Positions 1-11,770 of a stretch of 64,000 nt of DNA are shown piece by piece. The stretch comes from a virus. Its lineage: Duplodnaviria > Heunggongvirae > Uroviricota > Caudoviricetes. The stretch lies in the IMG/VR virus record IMGVR_UViG_3300027375_000001. One strand, 5' to 3'. Both the position numbers and the translations under genes were made by a program. The notes under the pieces are model-generated. The model searched no databases, was not told the origin of the DNA, and saw nothing but the letters and a program-made list of their open reading frames with translations. Within the stretch, counting starts at the first letter, position 1, and each line of letters begins with the position of its first letter.

Positions 1-960
1 TTGTGGATGATCAAAGATGATACACTTTACCATTTTGACAAAGACGGTAGTATTTTACTAAAAAGAACATACCCGTATATATCCTCCGGGCCTAAAAAAT
101 TAGCAATAACTCGTGAACTCACCAATTCTGGTTGGAAGGATTTCATTTGGGTTATGGACAAACAATCGATCATAAAATATTCTTCGTCTGGCAGATTTGA
201 GAAAATAATTAAACCAACCGATTATTTCAGCACAGGCAATTATCCAGGCAGAGATCGTAACAAATTGAATTTGACTTTCGCAAAATATTGCACAAAATAT
301 AATTTTTATCGCGATGCCAAATTGTTAAATCCTGGCTTGGATGACAAAAATTATATTACAGCCAATTTCAAAATTACAAACGGAACATCCGTATCGGCAA
401 AAGAACTTATAGCACCTACAAACGCATTGTCGAGAGGATGGCACCACTTAGCACTTACTTTTGATTCTGCTAATGGAGTCGCCAGACTATATGTCGATGG
501 GCAAACAATAGATAGTATTTCATTTGCGGAGGGCCAATACATGTTGGATTATACTAATAAAAATACATTTTATATTGGCAACACAAACGATAGTCACGAT
601 ACAAAGGAATATACATGGCTTTTAGATAAAAAACCAACTATGGTGGGCAAGATCGATGACATTAGAGTTTATTCCTGCGCACTATCTGAAAGAGATGTCT
701 TGGTGTTATCTAGAAAGAAACTTAAATTCACCCCAGTCGAATTTAACGTCACGGCACCGACAAGGCAATATATAGAGACGATTGATAGGTTCAATACGCA
801 CAGGACTCCTGGGTTTAAGTCAAATATTTTCAACATACGCATTTTGAATAGCGACTTGGATAGTGAAGATTTAAAAGAATCAATTGAGGACGCTATTTGC
901 AAGGCATTGACGAAGATAACACCCGTTGGTGCTAAACTAAACAAAATCGTGTGGGAATAA
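1..960 (+). CDS. LamG/concanavalin-A-like lectin domain protein (5'-partial, runs off window start)
   Basis: ORF is open from base 1 with no start codon. Jelly-roll-like segment (ALTFDSANGVARLYVDGQ...IGNTND...GKIDDIRVYSCALSERDV) is typical of LamG-type domains in phage fibres. Confidence 0.45.
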   Translation: MWMIKDDTLYHFDKDGSILLKRTYPYISSGPKKLAITRELTNSGWKDFIWVMDKQSIIKYSSSGRFEKIIKPTDYFSTGNYPGRDRNKLNLTFAKYCTKYNFYRDAKLLNPGLDDKNYITANFKITNGTSVSAKELIAPTNALSRGWHHLALTFDSANGVARLYVDGQTIDSISFAEGQYMLDYTNKNTFYIGNTNDSHDTKEYTWLLDKKPTMVGKIDDIRVYSCALSERDVLVLSRKKLKFTPVEFNVTAPTRQYIETIDRFNTHRTPGFKSNIFNIRILNSDLDSEDLKESIEDAICKALTKITPVGAKLNKIVWE

Positions 961-985
961 ACAATACGTCATCTAAATATTAGAG

Positions 986-3900
986 ATGTTTGTAGAAGTT
1001 TCGACATTAACTGCTTGGCCAAATGAATCGTTCAGAGTAACGCATTCAGCACTATCGACTACTGGTTCGGGCCCCATTTATTCAATTGCGGGATATACGC
1101 CTCTTACGATTGCGATTAATATTGACGGAATACACAATTCCGCATCTTTAAATGCAGTAATTGTGCCGCGACTTACATATACAACAGGTGCAACAGTCGA
1201 AGCTGTTATTACAGAATTGGCACAGTCAACACTATCTGGGGTGCCGTCGTTTACAATCAAATCAACAACAAGCGGGCTTTATTTGCCGTTTAACGATCAT
1301 TCGACTTTTACTAGTAGAATATTTAATAAATCGATATTTACATTTTCAGGAACAGAAGGGCAGCAACAAGATCAGTTGGCATCTATGGCACTAACGGCAG
1401 GGTCTGCATATTACATTATACCATCGCATTTAACATATACAGACAATAGGGAACCATCAGCAATTATTGCATCGGGTCGTCTCGATTTATCTGCGAGATT
1501 AAGAAATTGGGAATATGACTTATTTACAAGTAGCACTTTAGAAACAGGCCAAGCAAATACATCGCCATATAATTTTGCATTTTTGAATTATGCAGTTTCG
1601 CCTGCATCTTATACACCAATTACAACGAATCAAATCAGTGCGTTAAGTGCTATTATCAACACACCAAAAGTATATCGCCATGTTGATGTAAATGTAGCAA
1701 CCACAGTAGACGGTGCGTCGTCTTTCTCGAATAACTTATTATCAGTAGCAGGTGCGTCACAATCACTAGGCGAAGAATTGCTGCCTGGTAGCATTGTTCT
1801 AGAATTTTCATACGACAGCCCTCTCTATAAAGATAGTGAGTATACGTTCGATGAAATACCTGCAACATATGGATATAGTTCGGGATATCGCGAAACATTG
1901 CTAAAAGAATTGTCATCCGTTACAGTCCCTGTTATCAGCTCTGGAACTGCATTTGTGCGGGACATTCCTATGACGGGAGCTAATCCAGTCTCTGGTAACC
2001 TTGTAGGGAGGGACCCAATTTTCAATGAATATTTTGTTAACAGCGCAACAAGTGTTATTAATTATCAAACTGGTGCGTTTGCTCTTTTCTTAAACACGGG
2101 ATATAAACTTACAGGAAATGCGCTGTTGCGTGGATTTTACGATAACAAGTATGACGATTTTGCTGGCTATCCTACGTATCAAGTAATTGGCCAATCTCCT
2201 AACGATCATGAATTGAGCCTGATTGATAAAAGTGTACGAACTGTAGGCAATAATGTATTTGCAAGATACGATGTTAGCGTATATAATTTGTCATCGATTG
2301 TAGACAGAAACGACTACCCAACATATCCATCAACAATCACATCGATTAAGGCGTATAATTACGCATCATCGATACAAATTGGTTTGAATGCATTAACTTC
2401 ATTTAATGCCGTTTCGTCGATTTCATTCAGCTCGACAAATACGCCACTGTGGCTATTCACATACACAAGTACAATAACTTCAAATACCAATACATCAAAA
2501 GTCAACGGGCTTCAAATGGTGTTTAACACCCTAAGTGCTAGAACAGCTGTGACAAGCAATTCTGCTTTTATTACACCACATATAGTTAGCAATTACGGCA
2601 CTACAATACTACCATTCGCTTCAAGCGATGCATATTATGGCTACTTGCAATTCAATTGCTTGGGTGCGGTTACTAAAGTAGACAATAGAACTCAAACACC
2701 GACTCTATCTGTATATAAAATTGAATCAAACGGGCAATTAACACCATATGAAGTGTCTATGAATGTGTATGACATAACATATCCATACGAACTAAGAAGA
2801 TCTGCAAACCAAACATATCAAGTCGAAACTAGTGCGATTTCAGCTCAAACTGCATTCTTGTCAGGAGATCTGTCAATGTCATTAAGAGATGTTGCATTGT
2901 TCTATGAAACAGATGCATCTGATTTATACGATGATAATAAAATTGCATTACAATTGTACGGATTAAATACCGCAATTAAAACATCTATATTTGATCAATC
3001 TATATCATTTATTAATGGCGGTGCTAAAGTATTCATTAATCTCATACAGCAAACAATAAAAGAATTGGCTGGAGTATCGAGATCGAGCATATCCCTGGAT
3101 GATTTCGATACTGAAATATTCTACAAGCTCACCACAACAGGCAATTATTTCAAAAATGTACAGACCACGTTTAATGAAGAGTGTCGTGCATATATCTTGC
3201 AGTCGACGTCGAGTAGTACTGCGAATGAATTTAAGACTCCAATTGAAAGTCTGTGTGCGGAACTGAGCCCCGTTCTCTCATCTCTAGCAGCTGCAGGGTC
3301 TACTGGAAATGATACTCTCAGCTTTGTATTGACAAATGATTTATTCAGTATTGGCAAATTAATCGGAAGCACAAGTATTACTGCAGAGGAATATAACGTT
3401 ATCATAGATTTGTTGACCAAGAGCTTTGTCTTTGCAGCCTGGCCTGCCGCATATGATGTTGCTTCGTCATTAACATTAAGTAATCCTGCATATTTGGGTA
3501 CCAATTTGAATATTGTTAAATTGATATTCAGTCTTGGTCTTGAGACTGTATTTGATTTGTATGTCAAGGCATTTAAAGACACACTGCGCCGCGGTGCCAT
3601 AACACAAACGAAATATGACGAAATTCTTAAATACTACGCCGATCAAAACTACGCTAGATTCAATTATGAGATATCGCTAATCAAAACTGCGATTGATTAT
3701 CCAACGCTAATCAAAGGGACGTTGAATCCAAATTATAGTAGCACAAATTACATATCGATTGCGTATTATCTTGCAACTGCAGAAAAAGAACTTGGCACAT
3801 TGTTTGAGTATGTATATGCATTTAACACCAATGCGAATGAGACTGTATTTAATAACTTTTTCCGCAATTTTAACCTGATCGATAATAAAGTCGGTATGCT

Positions 3901-6900
3901 GAATATTCGTTATTCGACAGGCAATACAATTTACGACAAAACCATAGGCGCGACTATTGAGCCATATGACGGCAGAATTTTAACACTCAACCCACAAACA
4001 CATCGATTCACCTCCGCGCTTGTCCCTCTATCATCTAAATTCTGCATCATCACACCACCAGATTCGCCAGTAGAAGTTGATTATGAATTGAAGATGTACT
4101 CACAAGTTATTGGATGCCAATATGATGATATCACCACACCAATCAAAGAATCAAAAACATATATCTATAAATCACCTAAATTAGGCAGACAGCTACAATA
4201 TAGAGCGGATCCGTTTACTGTGTATCCAACAGCAGCATATAATTCAATGGTGTTGAATTTTTATCATACAACAGATGATGATGCTACGGACTCTGTCAGA
4301 ATTAAAGCATTACCTGCGATCGAAGATATGCTTGCATCCAGTAGTGCGAGCGCGTGCTCTATTATTTGGAATGTTCAATTCTTAGATATTGACGGAACGT
4401 ATGCAACAACGAAATTTATACCAATAACCGCAGCAGCAGGCACATCAAATGTAGTGAATATGTCTGCGATGCCATATGTAAGTTTCCAAACATTACCTCT
4501 ATACACTAATGTTGTAGAGTATGCGCTCGAGCCTACAGAAATACCAAATACATTCACCAGAACACCAATTGTAAAAACAATTGCATCGCATAGCAAAACA
4601 CAAGCAACATATGCTAATGAAATTATAATTGATAAAATTGGAGTTAATCCAATAACTGTCAGTGTTTCTGTTACAGGAGCTTCCTTGTCAAACTATGGAG
4701 TTACTAATAATATCTTGACAGGGCAAATGATATATTACCCGGATTTAGGTCAAGACAACACAACAAATCTATTAACACCTCAATACAGTTACAGCAGTAC
4801 TGTTGTTAGCAGACTTAGTGTTGTATCATATGATAGTGATATTGATAATAGTCTTCTATTAAGAAACTACTTCATCAAAAACAATAGAATCTATAATCCG
4901 CCAGTATACGAGAATACCACATTTAATGTCGACAGCATCCGAGGTGTTTCGCTTTTATTTAAATGTGACAATAACGGAAATAATGAGCAAGAAATTCCTT
5001 TGGGTGTTGACAATAGAAACACGGCCTATTACAAAGTCAAAACATTGATGCCTAAAACTCTCAATGTAGTTGCACCAGAAAAAGATCGACTTACTATTCA
5101 AACATTCCACACCCCAGCATGTATTGCACCAACGCAAGTAATACAATTGCCAGTTAATTATTTCCCAAGTCAAGATATATTCTATTCTAAATTTAATATT
5201 GCAATCGCAGGTACTGCCGGATCTGCATTCTATATTGGCAATATTGATACAATTAATACGCTTGTCGTATTGAGCTCAATAACACAACCATTTACAGCAG
5301 AATTAACTCCGTTGACTGTACCACAAGTCGAACATGGATGGATATCAACATCTGCATTATCTACTACATACTCAGTCGCATCTGCGACGCAAAAATTGGT
5401 ATTTACATCCTCTACACTATCTGGATTATCCGCCGGCATTGGTACGTTTAATTTATCATCAAAATTTACATATCAAAATGGAGAGTATGCTATTCTGAAG
5501 TCAAAACCACTCTATGTATATGTATCACCACAAGCATCTGTCAATGAGCTCAGTGCAAAGGTGTGGACGGTTAATACATTTACCAACCAAGGACCGTCAG
5601 CAGTCAACACTCTAAACTCAATAACAGTTAATACACAATTAACAACCGTTGGAAATGGCCATACAGAAACACTTGTGTTAAGCTCGTTCGGAACACGATA
5701 TAAAACATATGCATGGACCATTGGAAACGAAAAGGAATATGTAACCAATTCACCAATTGCATCAGCCACAATCAAAGGAACTGCGGGTACATTATCTGCT
5801 ATATCTGTCAAGGGGTATTATCTACAGCTAGATGTAGTCCCTTCATTAACTGCTCTTACATCGAGAGCGGATTATGATGATAATAAAACTGCATATGTCA
5901 ATGTTAAAAATGCAATTAACTTACTACAAGATCGCAATAATGTAATTTATACAGCAAACTCTAGCGTCACGTCTGATTATTTCAAGCCATTGCAATTTAT
6001 CGATTTGGCAACGCCTGTGATATCAGCAGAGCCTGCAGATGTATATTTTTATTCGGATTCAATTAGTAGTTTATATGATGCAGCTGTATTTACTTCAAAT
6101 AATAAAGGCGAATATGTTGTTGGGGGTACTACTACCTCATATGTAAACATTCGTAGTCTGGATACACAACAATCAATAACATATGGACCGATTGAGTATA
6201 GCTTAGTCTCTGGATTTAACAATAACACCATTACAATTCCTGATAATATCATCACAGATCCAGACTCATACAACTGTGCCGTCTTGGCTATCACATCTAC
6301 AGATACAATAGTAACTAATGCGTACAATTCTGTAGAAATTGGTAAAACAACAACATCTACAAGAGTAGACACAATTACGGCGATTAAGATACCAACATTC
6401 AATCTATTCTGGGATGAAGATTATTATGCTATTGGGTCTGCATTGACAATCAAAAATTATTACAAAAATACAAACTGTGGTGGTGCTGATTATGGATTGG
6501 GCTCGATATCAATAACATTTAATGGCCAGACACAAGTATATCCAGCATCAACTGAAACGTTTGCGTTTAACAACCTTAATGACATTGGTGTATATTCTAT
6601 CTCCGTATCTGCGAATACATACGGGCTCCTATCATCAATTCAAACGACAATTGAATCGAAATATGATAGAGCTATCAATGTAGTTAATGCATTTGACACG
6701 TTTGACAAAAATGCACGAACATACAACGAACAATTAATATTCCCTTATAGTTTGGATCAAATCTATGTAGCACCAAACGAGATTGCCAATGCTAATAATA
6801 TTAATAGTTCACTCAAGAAATTGCTTGCTAATTTTGATTATTTGATCAATAAATCAAAACTTAATGATACCAAGTTGCCAGTATTGTTTAATAAATGGTT

Positions 6901-8458
6901 AGGAGCGGAGAATAGCAAAGGCCATCGTTGGAATGATGTATCCGAATCAGATTGGGTTAATGTTTTCCCAGAATTCGACGCTACTGAATTTCATGACGTA
7001 CAAGATGCCAAGATATACAATGATAGATTAATTGTAATTGATCGGAATACAGATAATACAATCACGGATAGTATTAAAATATATGATTTGGATCGACTTT
7101 CGAGAAAATTAAACGATACTAATCTCGTCGGAGAAAAAGATTACGTAGGGAAGCTAGACTCCATTGCTATTAATGACGATGGAGAAATATACATAACAGA
7201 CACCGCGAATCATTGCGTATATGTCTACAGCATCGAATATAGTACTGGAACGTTTACATTTTTAAACAAAATCGGTGGTTTGGGCAATGCTCATCGCCCA
7301 TATCGATTTAACACCCCGACTGATATCCATTATAATCTAGGCAAGATATACGTGATTGACAAGAATAATGATGTCATTAAAGTTTATAATGATAAGATGC
7401 AATACTTCTATAACATTTCTCACGGGGAATGGGTAATGAAGAATAATTTAGTATCCATCACTACAGATACTGCAGCGAATGTATATGTATTAACAGCAGA
7501 TGGCCAGATATACACATTCAATAACACAGGCGAATATGTTAGCACAATATCAGGCATCGCCAATCCTTTTGCAGGCACTCCTGTTAAAATACATGCTAAT
7601 AATATTGATGATGGTATAATTTATATCGTATATAATACACACATATCCAAGATTACGTCTCAGGGGTATTATCTCGGATATTTTATGCCTTTATATACGC
7701 CATATGTAACTCAACTCAATAGCATCTGTCAGTATGGTAGAGGCGTTTATATTATCGACACCCGATCAATCTATAAAAATACAGATTTTGTTTCAATCAA
7801 GAGCATTATAAATGATATTGAAGGTGCACTATGGAAAGCTGATGATATTTTGATCGAAGAACAAGATTTGATTCAAGACTGGGTATATAATGTCGTATTT
7901 AACAGAATCAAAGATAATTTCGAATTGCTCGCCAAAAACATACATTCCAAATATGTGAGAAGCATCGATCTTGCTGGTAATATATCTATTGATATGGAAC
8001 CGATGTTGACAGCAGAACTACCGCAATTCGATTTCAGCCAATGTTTCATTGGACAAAATGAGCTTGTATTTACAGACGTTATCAATCGGGTAATTAAGCA
8101 TCTGTATGCAAATCTTGATAAACTAAGAGTATCTCTTGACACAATCATTGGATCTGATATGTGTAAAAATAGCTGGTGCTGGTCTTGGGCATCGATGGGA
8201 TCTTATGATCCAGTTAAAAAGAATTGTATCGTAAATCCAATCTCATTTATTGAATTGAGATCAGATAGTCCTGGTATTGGTGGTAGAACATGGGAACAGA
8301 TGTCATCTGTTGGTAGTGGTTGTTGCGAAGTGGTAACACTTAGCGGCACACGCATTCCAGAAATACATCAAGGTTATATGGCACTTTCTCCGAATGGGTC
8401 TGTTCTTTCCTTGGGTGGTAATTCTAGTATTTTGTCACTTTATTCTTTGTCAAGCTAA
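986..8458 (+). CDS. giant 2490-aa S/T/N/Y-rich structural protein (putative tail fibre or adhesin)
   Basis: Single uninterrupted 7.4-kb ORF with extreme Ser/Thr/Asn/Tyr/Ile content and no enzymatic motifs. Internal opposite-strand ORFs are short and look spurious. Confidence 0.5.
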   Translation: MFVEVSTLTAWPNESFRVTHSALSTTGSGPIYSIAGYTPLTIAINIDGIHNSASLNAVIVPRLTYTTGATVEAVITELAQSTLSGVPSFTIKSTTSGLYLPFNDHSTFTSRIFNKSIFTFSGTEGQQQDQLASMALTAGSAYYIIPSHLTYTDNREPSAIIASGRLDLSARLRNWEYDLFTSSTLETGQANTSPYNFAFLNYAVSPASYTPITTNQISALSAIINTPKVYRHVDVNVATTVDGASSFSNNLLSVAGASQSLGEELLPGSIVLEFSYDSPLYKDSEYTFDEIPATYGYSSGYRETLLKELSSVTVPVISSGTAFVRDIPMTGANPVSGNLVGRDPIFNEYFVNSATSVINYQTGAFALFLNTGYKLTGNALLRGFYDNKYDDFAGYPTYQVIGQSPNDHELSLIDKSVRTVGNNVFARYDVSVYNLSSIVDRNDYPTYPSTITSIKAYNYASSIQIGLNALTSFNAVSSISFSSTNTPLWLFTYTSTITSNTNTSKVNGLQMVFNTLSARTAVTSNSAFITPHIVSNYGTTILPFASSDAYYGYLQFNCLGAVTKVDNRTQTPTLSVYKIESNGQLTPYEVSMNVYDITYPYELRRSANQTYQVETSAISAQTAFLSGDLSMSLRDVALFYETDASDLYDDNKIALQLYGLNTAIKTSIFDQSISFINGGAKVFINLIQQTIKELAGVSRSSISLDDFDTEIFYKLTTTGNYFKNVQTTFNEECRAYILQSTSSSTANEFKTPIESLCAELSPVLSSLAAAGSTGNDTLSFVLTNDLFSIGKLIGSTSITAEEYNVIIDLLTKSFVFAAWPAAYDVASSLTLSNPAYLGTNLNIVKLIFSLGLETVFDLYVKAFKDTLRRGAITQTKYDEILKYYADQNYARFNYEISLIKTAIDYPTLIKGTLNPNYSSTNYISIAYYLATAEKELGTLFEYVYAFNTNANETVFNNFFRNFNLIDNKVGMLNIRYSTGNTIYDKTIGATIEPYDGRILTLNPQTHRFTSALVPLSSKFCIITPPDSPVEVDYELKMYSQVIGCQYDDITTPIKESKTYIYKSPKLGRQLQYRADPFTVYPTAAYNSMVLNFYHTTDDDATDSVRIKALPAIEDMLASSSASACSIIWNVQFLDIDGTYATTKFIPITAAAGTSNVVNMSAMPYVSFQTLPLYTNVVEYALEPTEIPNTFTRTPIVKTIASHSKTQATYANEIIIDKIGVNPITVSVSVTGASLSNYGVTNNILTGQMIYYPDLGQDNTTNLLTPQYSYSSTVVSRLSVVSYDSDIDNSLLLRNYFIKNNRIYNPPVYENTTFNVDSIRGVSLLFKCDNNGNNEQEIPLGVDNRNTAYYKVKTLMPKTLNVVAPEKDRLTIQTFHTPACIAPTQVIQLPVNYFPSQDIFYSKFNIAIAGTAGSAFYIGNIDTINTLVVLSSITQPFTAELTPLTVPQVEHGWISTSALSTTYSVASATQKLVFTSSTLSGLSAGIGTFNLSSKFTYQNGEYAILKSKPLYVYVSPQASVNELSAKVWTVNTFTNQGPSAVNTLNSITVNTQLTTVGNGHTETLVLSSFGTRYKTYAWTIGNEKEYVTNSPIASATIKGTAGTLSAISVKGYYLQLDVVPSLTALTSRADYDDNKTAYVNVKNAINLLQDRNNVIYTANSSVTSDYFKPLQFIDLATPVISAEPADVYFYSDSISSLYDAAVFTSNNKGEYVVGGTTTSYVNIRSLDTQQSITYGPIEYSLVSGFNNNTITIPDNIITDPDSYNCAVLAITSTDTIVTNAYNSVEIGKTTTSTRVDTITAIKIPTFNLFWDEDYYAIGSALTIKNYYKNTNCGGADYGLGSISITFNGQTQVYPASTETFAFNNLNDIGVYSISVSANTYGLLSSIQTTIESKYDRAINVVNAFDTFDKNARTYNEQLIFPYSLDQIYVAPNEIANANNINSSLKKLLANFDYLINKSKLNDTKLPVLFNKWLGAENSKGHRWNDVSESDWVNVFPEFDATEFHDVQDAKIYNDRLIVIDRNTDNTITDSIKIYDLDRLSRKLNDTNLVGEKDYVGKLDSIAINDDGEIYITDTANHCVYVYSIEYSTGTFTFLNKIGGLGNAHRPYRFNTPTDIHYNLGKIYVIDKNNDVIKVYNDKMQYFYNISHGEWVMKNNLVSITTDTAANVYVLTADGQIYTFNNTGEYVSTISGIANPFAGTPVKIHANNIDDGIIYIVYNTHISKITSQGYYLGYFMPLYTPYVTQLNSICQYGRGVYIIDTRSIYKNTDFVSIKSIINDIEGALWKADDILIEEQDLIQDWVYNVVFNRIKDNFELLAKNIHSKYVRSIDLAGNISIDMEPMLTAELPQFDFSQCFIGQNELVFTDVINRVIKHLYANLDKLRVSLDTIIGSDMCKNSWCWSWASMGSYDPVKKNCIVNPISFIELRSDSPGIGGRTWEQMSSVGSGCCEVVTLSGTRIPEIHQGYMALSPNGSVLSLGGNSSILSLYSLSS

Positions 8459-10667
8459 TCCATTAAGTAAATACAATTATATGGCATGTATTGTTAATTT
8501 TACGGATCTATCTTCGTTAGCGTCTTTGTCCTCATCGGCCCAGATGTTGATTTATCGTGATAATGGCCAGCCAGGGGCAGATGGATTTGGTCGAGTTACA
8601 TTGTTGAATTTAAATAATAGTCTGCCTCTATTTTCGTTAGTTAGTTCTAATTCTAGCTTTTGGGCCGGCGGGTCGCAGGCATTTGTTACGACGTATGACG
8701 AACTCATAGCAGCTAAAAACAACTCATCAATTCAGACTATAATTCTAGGCAAAGATATTTCCTTTAGCGCGCCGGGCAATCTTTCAATTCCAGCGCGATG
8801 TTCTATCATTTTTAATGGATATAAGTTCATCAGAACAGGTTTAACTATTTTGTTTATCGAGGGCGAGGTGGTAGCCCCTCGGGTGCAAATATTTAGCAAC
8901 TGGCCGGCTAGTACTATAAAAGGCACAATGAGAAATAGTGAAATATTTCCGGAGTGGTGGGGTCTACAGGGGTCTACAGTGCACGACGGTAGACATGATA
9001 TTGCAATAAATTGCGCTATTCGTACATCAGATCCGTCCTTTAGTATCGGCAGAACTATCAGCTTTGCTGCTGGTATTTATTATGTCGGAAGGCCGCTAGA
9101 TGCTACAGAATTAGCAATTCGATTTAAGGGTGCTGGTTCTAATGCTACTAAAATAATCGCATCCAAATTATGGACATCTGATACTTGGCAACCAACGACC
9201 CGATTCAGATTTTGGAGTAATTTCATGAAATACAGCGGGACTACCAACTTTACTGCTGCATGTTCTGTCCCTGGTGGCACTAAATTAATTACCCCAACCG
9301 GTGGCTCATTTGAATTTTTAAGCGGCGGCCAGGCACGCATAACAAATTCGCCACTGTATAACGGCACCCATACAGTTAGCGGTACAACAGCAGCAGTGGC
9401 ATTAACATCAATAGTTCTTTCTGGGACTACATTTGTAGGTACAACTACAGGATTCGCCACACCAATCACATTAGATACTGAAATGGAAACAGCCAGCTGT
9501 GCTTCTTCTCTATTTTGGATTGGGGGTGGAAACGGGAGCTACTGGTCTGGGGTAGCTCCGATGTCTGGTGGGGGCGGGGCGCGATACTGGAGTGGTGTAG
9601 AAGGCATGACCATCGTTGCTGCGGAGGCTACAATTAATAATCCAACTAAAAGAATTAGCGGAATTTCATGGAAACATAATGTCGAAGAGAATACTATTAT
9701 CCGTGATGTGGATATTCAGTATTTTTCCGGCATGGGAATTGGCGGCGGCATGTATGACACTTGGCGTAATGCTGGCGACGCGACGAAACAAGATGGTGGT
9801 ATTATCAATGGATTGCAAATTCAGAATTTCTGGATTAAAGAAGCAACCCGTCGTGGAGCGATACCTATCTTTATTAATAAAAATACATCAGTTTGTAATA
9901 TTAAAACTGGGACAATAGATTGTTCTACCACATCAGCAGCGCTAACTGCATCTTTCCCATACATAAGAACTTGGCCATTATTTGGAATATTAATTTATCA
10001 AGGTGACGGGGTGTCTGTGGACAGCGTCCATTTCGAGGGCATGGGCACTGGTATTCATATAGGAACAACAAACGATGGAGGTTCAATGACCAGACTTGCT
10101 TCATTGGAGAGCGAACGATTGATGGACTTTGGTGTGACTGATACAGACAGACAAGCTTTAATTCCACTGTCATCCAAGATAGTGCCTTTAGCTACACAAA
10201 TGACCCAGCAATCTTTTGGATACCTTAATCACTTATCTTCTGTTAATAATGGATTTTTCTCTGATTTAGGTTCTTACCTATTTAGATATAGTGCATTAGT
10301 TACAATCGGTACTTCATTTGAATATGCCGCATTTATCAGTACATATCCTAATAATCAGTTTTCGACTATCGATATAACTAACCTAGCAGGCTATACTCAA
10401 TATCTTTTGAGAGATTTACAATATGGCATTGATATCCCTGGGTATGGGGGTGGCGGCAGCAATTATGCGGAGTACAACAGCCGAATTTGTCGATATTCGA
10501 GAGGAATTGCATATGTTCCTGCTTCTACTGCACCTGGGGTGTATCCTCCGTCTGGATCCGGTCAAGTTTTCAATGGATATAGGCAATCAACGAGTTCAGG
10601 CACATGGATTACTAACGCCAAACCAGTAGGTTCTTGGGAGAAAACATATTACCAATTAATTTTATAA
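8394..10667 (+). CDS. Gly-rich beta-helix-like structural protein (putative tailspike or fibre); true start may lie downstream (e.g. Met near 8481)
   Basis: 757-aa ORF overlapping the end of the giant gene. Hydrophobic N-terminus, GGG-rich tracts, and repetitive NG/TG-rich segments reminiscent of right-handed beta-helices. Confidence 0.4.
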   Translation: MGLFFPWVVILVFCHFILCQANPLSKYNYMACIVNFTDLSSLASLSSSAQMLIYRDNGQPGADGFGRVTLLNLNNSLPLFSLVSSNSSFWAGGSQAFVTTYDELIAAKNNSSIQTIILGKDISFSAPGNLSIPARCSIIFNGYKFIRTGLTILFIEGEVVAPRVQIFSNWPASTIKGTMRNSEIFPEWWGLQGSTVHDGRHDIAINCAIRTSDPSFSIGRTISFAAGIYYVGRPLDATELAIRFKGAGSNATKIIASKLWTSDTWQPTTRFRFWSNFMKYSGTTNFTAACSVPGGTKLITPTGGSFEFLSGGQARITNSPLYNGTHTVSGTTAAVALTSIVLSGTTFVGTTTGFATPITLDTEMETASCASSLFWIGGGNGSYWSGVAPMSGGGGARYWSGVEGMTIVAAEATINNPTKRISGISWKHNVEENTIIRDVDIQYFSGMGIGGGMYDTWRNAGDATKQDGGIINGLQIQNFWIKEATRRGAIPIFINKNTSVCNIKTGTIDCSTTSAALTASFPYIRTWPLFGILIYQGDGVSVDSVHFEGMGTGIHIGTTNDGGSMTRLASLESERLMDFGVTDTDRQALIPLSSKIVPLATQMTQQSFGYLNHLSSVNNGFFSDLGSYLFRYSALVTIGTSFEYAAFISTYPNNQFSTIDITNLAGYTQYLLRDLQYGIDIPGYGGGGSNYAEYNSRICRYSRGIAYVPASTAPGVYPPSGSGQVFNGYRQSTSSGTWITNAKPVGSWEKTYYQLIL

Positions 10668-10968
10668 TATAGGTGGCAATAAAATAAAGACACCCGGTAA
10701 ATAGGTTATATGGGGATTGAAGAAATAGTCCGAACTGCATGGCGACATGTAGAAGCAAAGTTTAAACGGCTTTGCGATAACAATACTTGCTGCTGCGCAG
10801 GGTTATCACGGCCCATATCGGGTGAATTCAAGGGACAACTCTTCGGAGTCAATCTTGAGCCAACTCTAATAAAAGTCCCAGTATTATTAGAAAGGTGCAG
10901 AGACTAGATGGTGAGCCGACTTAGCAATACTCTATCCACGAGCGCCCGACAATCCCCATTATAATTTT

Positions 10969-11769
10969 ATGCCGACATTTAGCGAATCTATTACATCAAT
11001 TGACCCGCGCATCTGTGCAGGCAATACCCTGTCGACAATTAATCAAAATTTTGCGTTGCTTGATTACAAGCTAACCAATATTTCTCTATCGGCTGATTTA
11101 TATTGGAATGCTTTATACACAATAGCCAAAGAGACTTCCAGCACATGGGCGGATGTTGCAACTGTTGTAAAATCAAACTCTGCAAATTGGAACGATGCGT
11201 ATACCACCGTATCTTCATATAGTGCTTGTTGGTTAAGACCAATATCTCTTATTTTCCCATTGACACCAGATAATAATGCCATTAATCAAACTACATTCAT
11301 TAACAGCATTTCATCGTGGTTAAATTCTAACTTCCCTGTTACGGCTACTATTGATTCGAATACAGTAACGAATTATTGCAAAGGCCAAGAAATATTTGTC
11401 TTTACATTGGGGTTCTATAAAGATCTAGAAACAATCGCACCAGATACAAGATACCTGACAGCTAAGTGCCGAGCTGCTGTTACCTGGAGCTATCGTAGCT
11501 GCAGTATTCGAGGTCGTTGCGTAACTAATACAAGAACAGTAATCGGCCATGACCGCAATAACGTGGCAAGCAGACGCGATAATAAAGCTACAGGATTTGA
11601 TGCAGCAGGAGGCACCTCGGTATCATTATTAGCGCAAATTGCAGGTCTTGAAAATCTGAATTCATCTATAGTGAATTACATTCCAGCCGTTTACCAAAAT
11701 TACTATAAATTTGTAAACAATAGCGGATCTCGCTGGCAGTATGTTACGACCACTCCTTTAAGTAGCTAA
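10969..11769 (+). CDS. hypothetical structural protein
   Basis: 266-aa ORF immediately upstream of the next structural gene, with an AT-rich TATAAT-like upstream region. Confidence 0.35.
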   Translation: MPTFSESITSIDPRICAGNTLSTINQNFALLDYKLTNISLSADLYWNALYTIAKETSSTWADVATVVKSNSANWNDAYTTVSSYSACWLRPISLIFPLTPDNNAINQTTFINSISSWLNSNFPVTATIDSNTVTNYCKGQEIFVFTLGFYKDLETIAPDTRYLTAKCRAAVTWSYRSCSIRGRCVTNTRTVIGHDRNNVASRRDNKATGFDAAGGTSVSLLAQIAGLENLNSSIVNYIPAVYQNYYKFVNNSGSRWQYVTTTPLSS

Positions 11770-11770
11770 C

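Noticed and set aside
10668-10968. Possible group I intron between the two structural ORFs (AGAGACUAGA at ~10885 and UAGUCC at ~10730)
   Set aside because: The S-like box precedes the R-like box (wrong order for P7) and no P/Q boxes were seen. Probably coincidental. The small ORF 10710..10907 is also unsupported.
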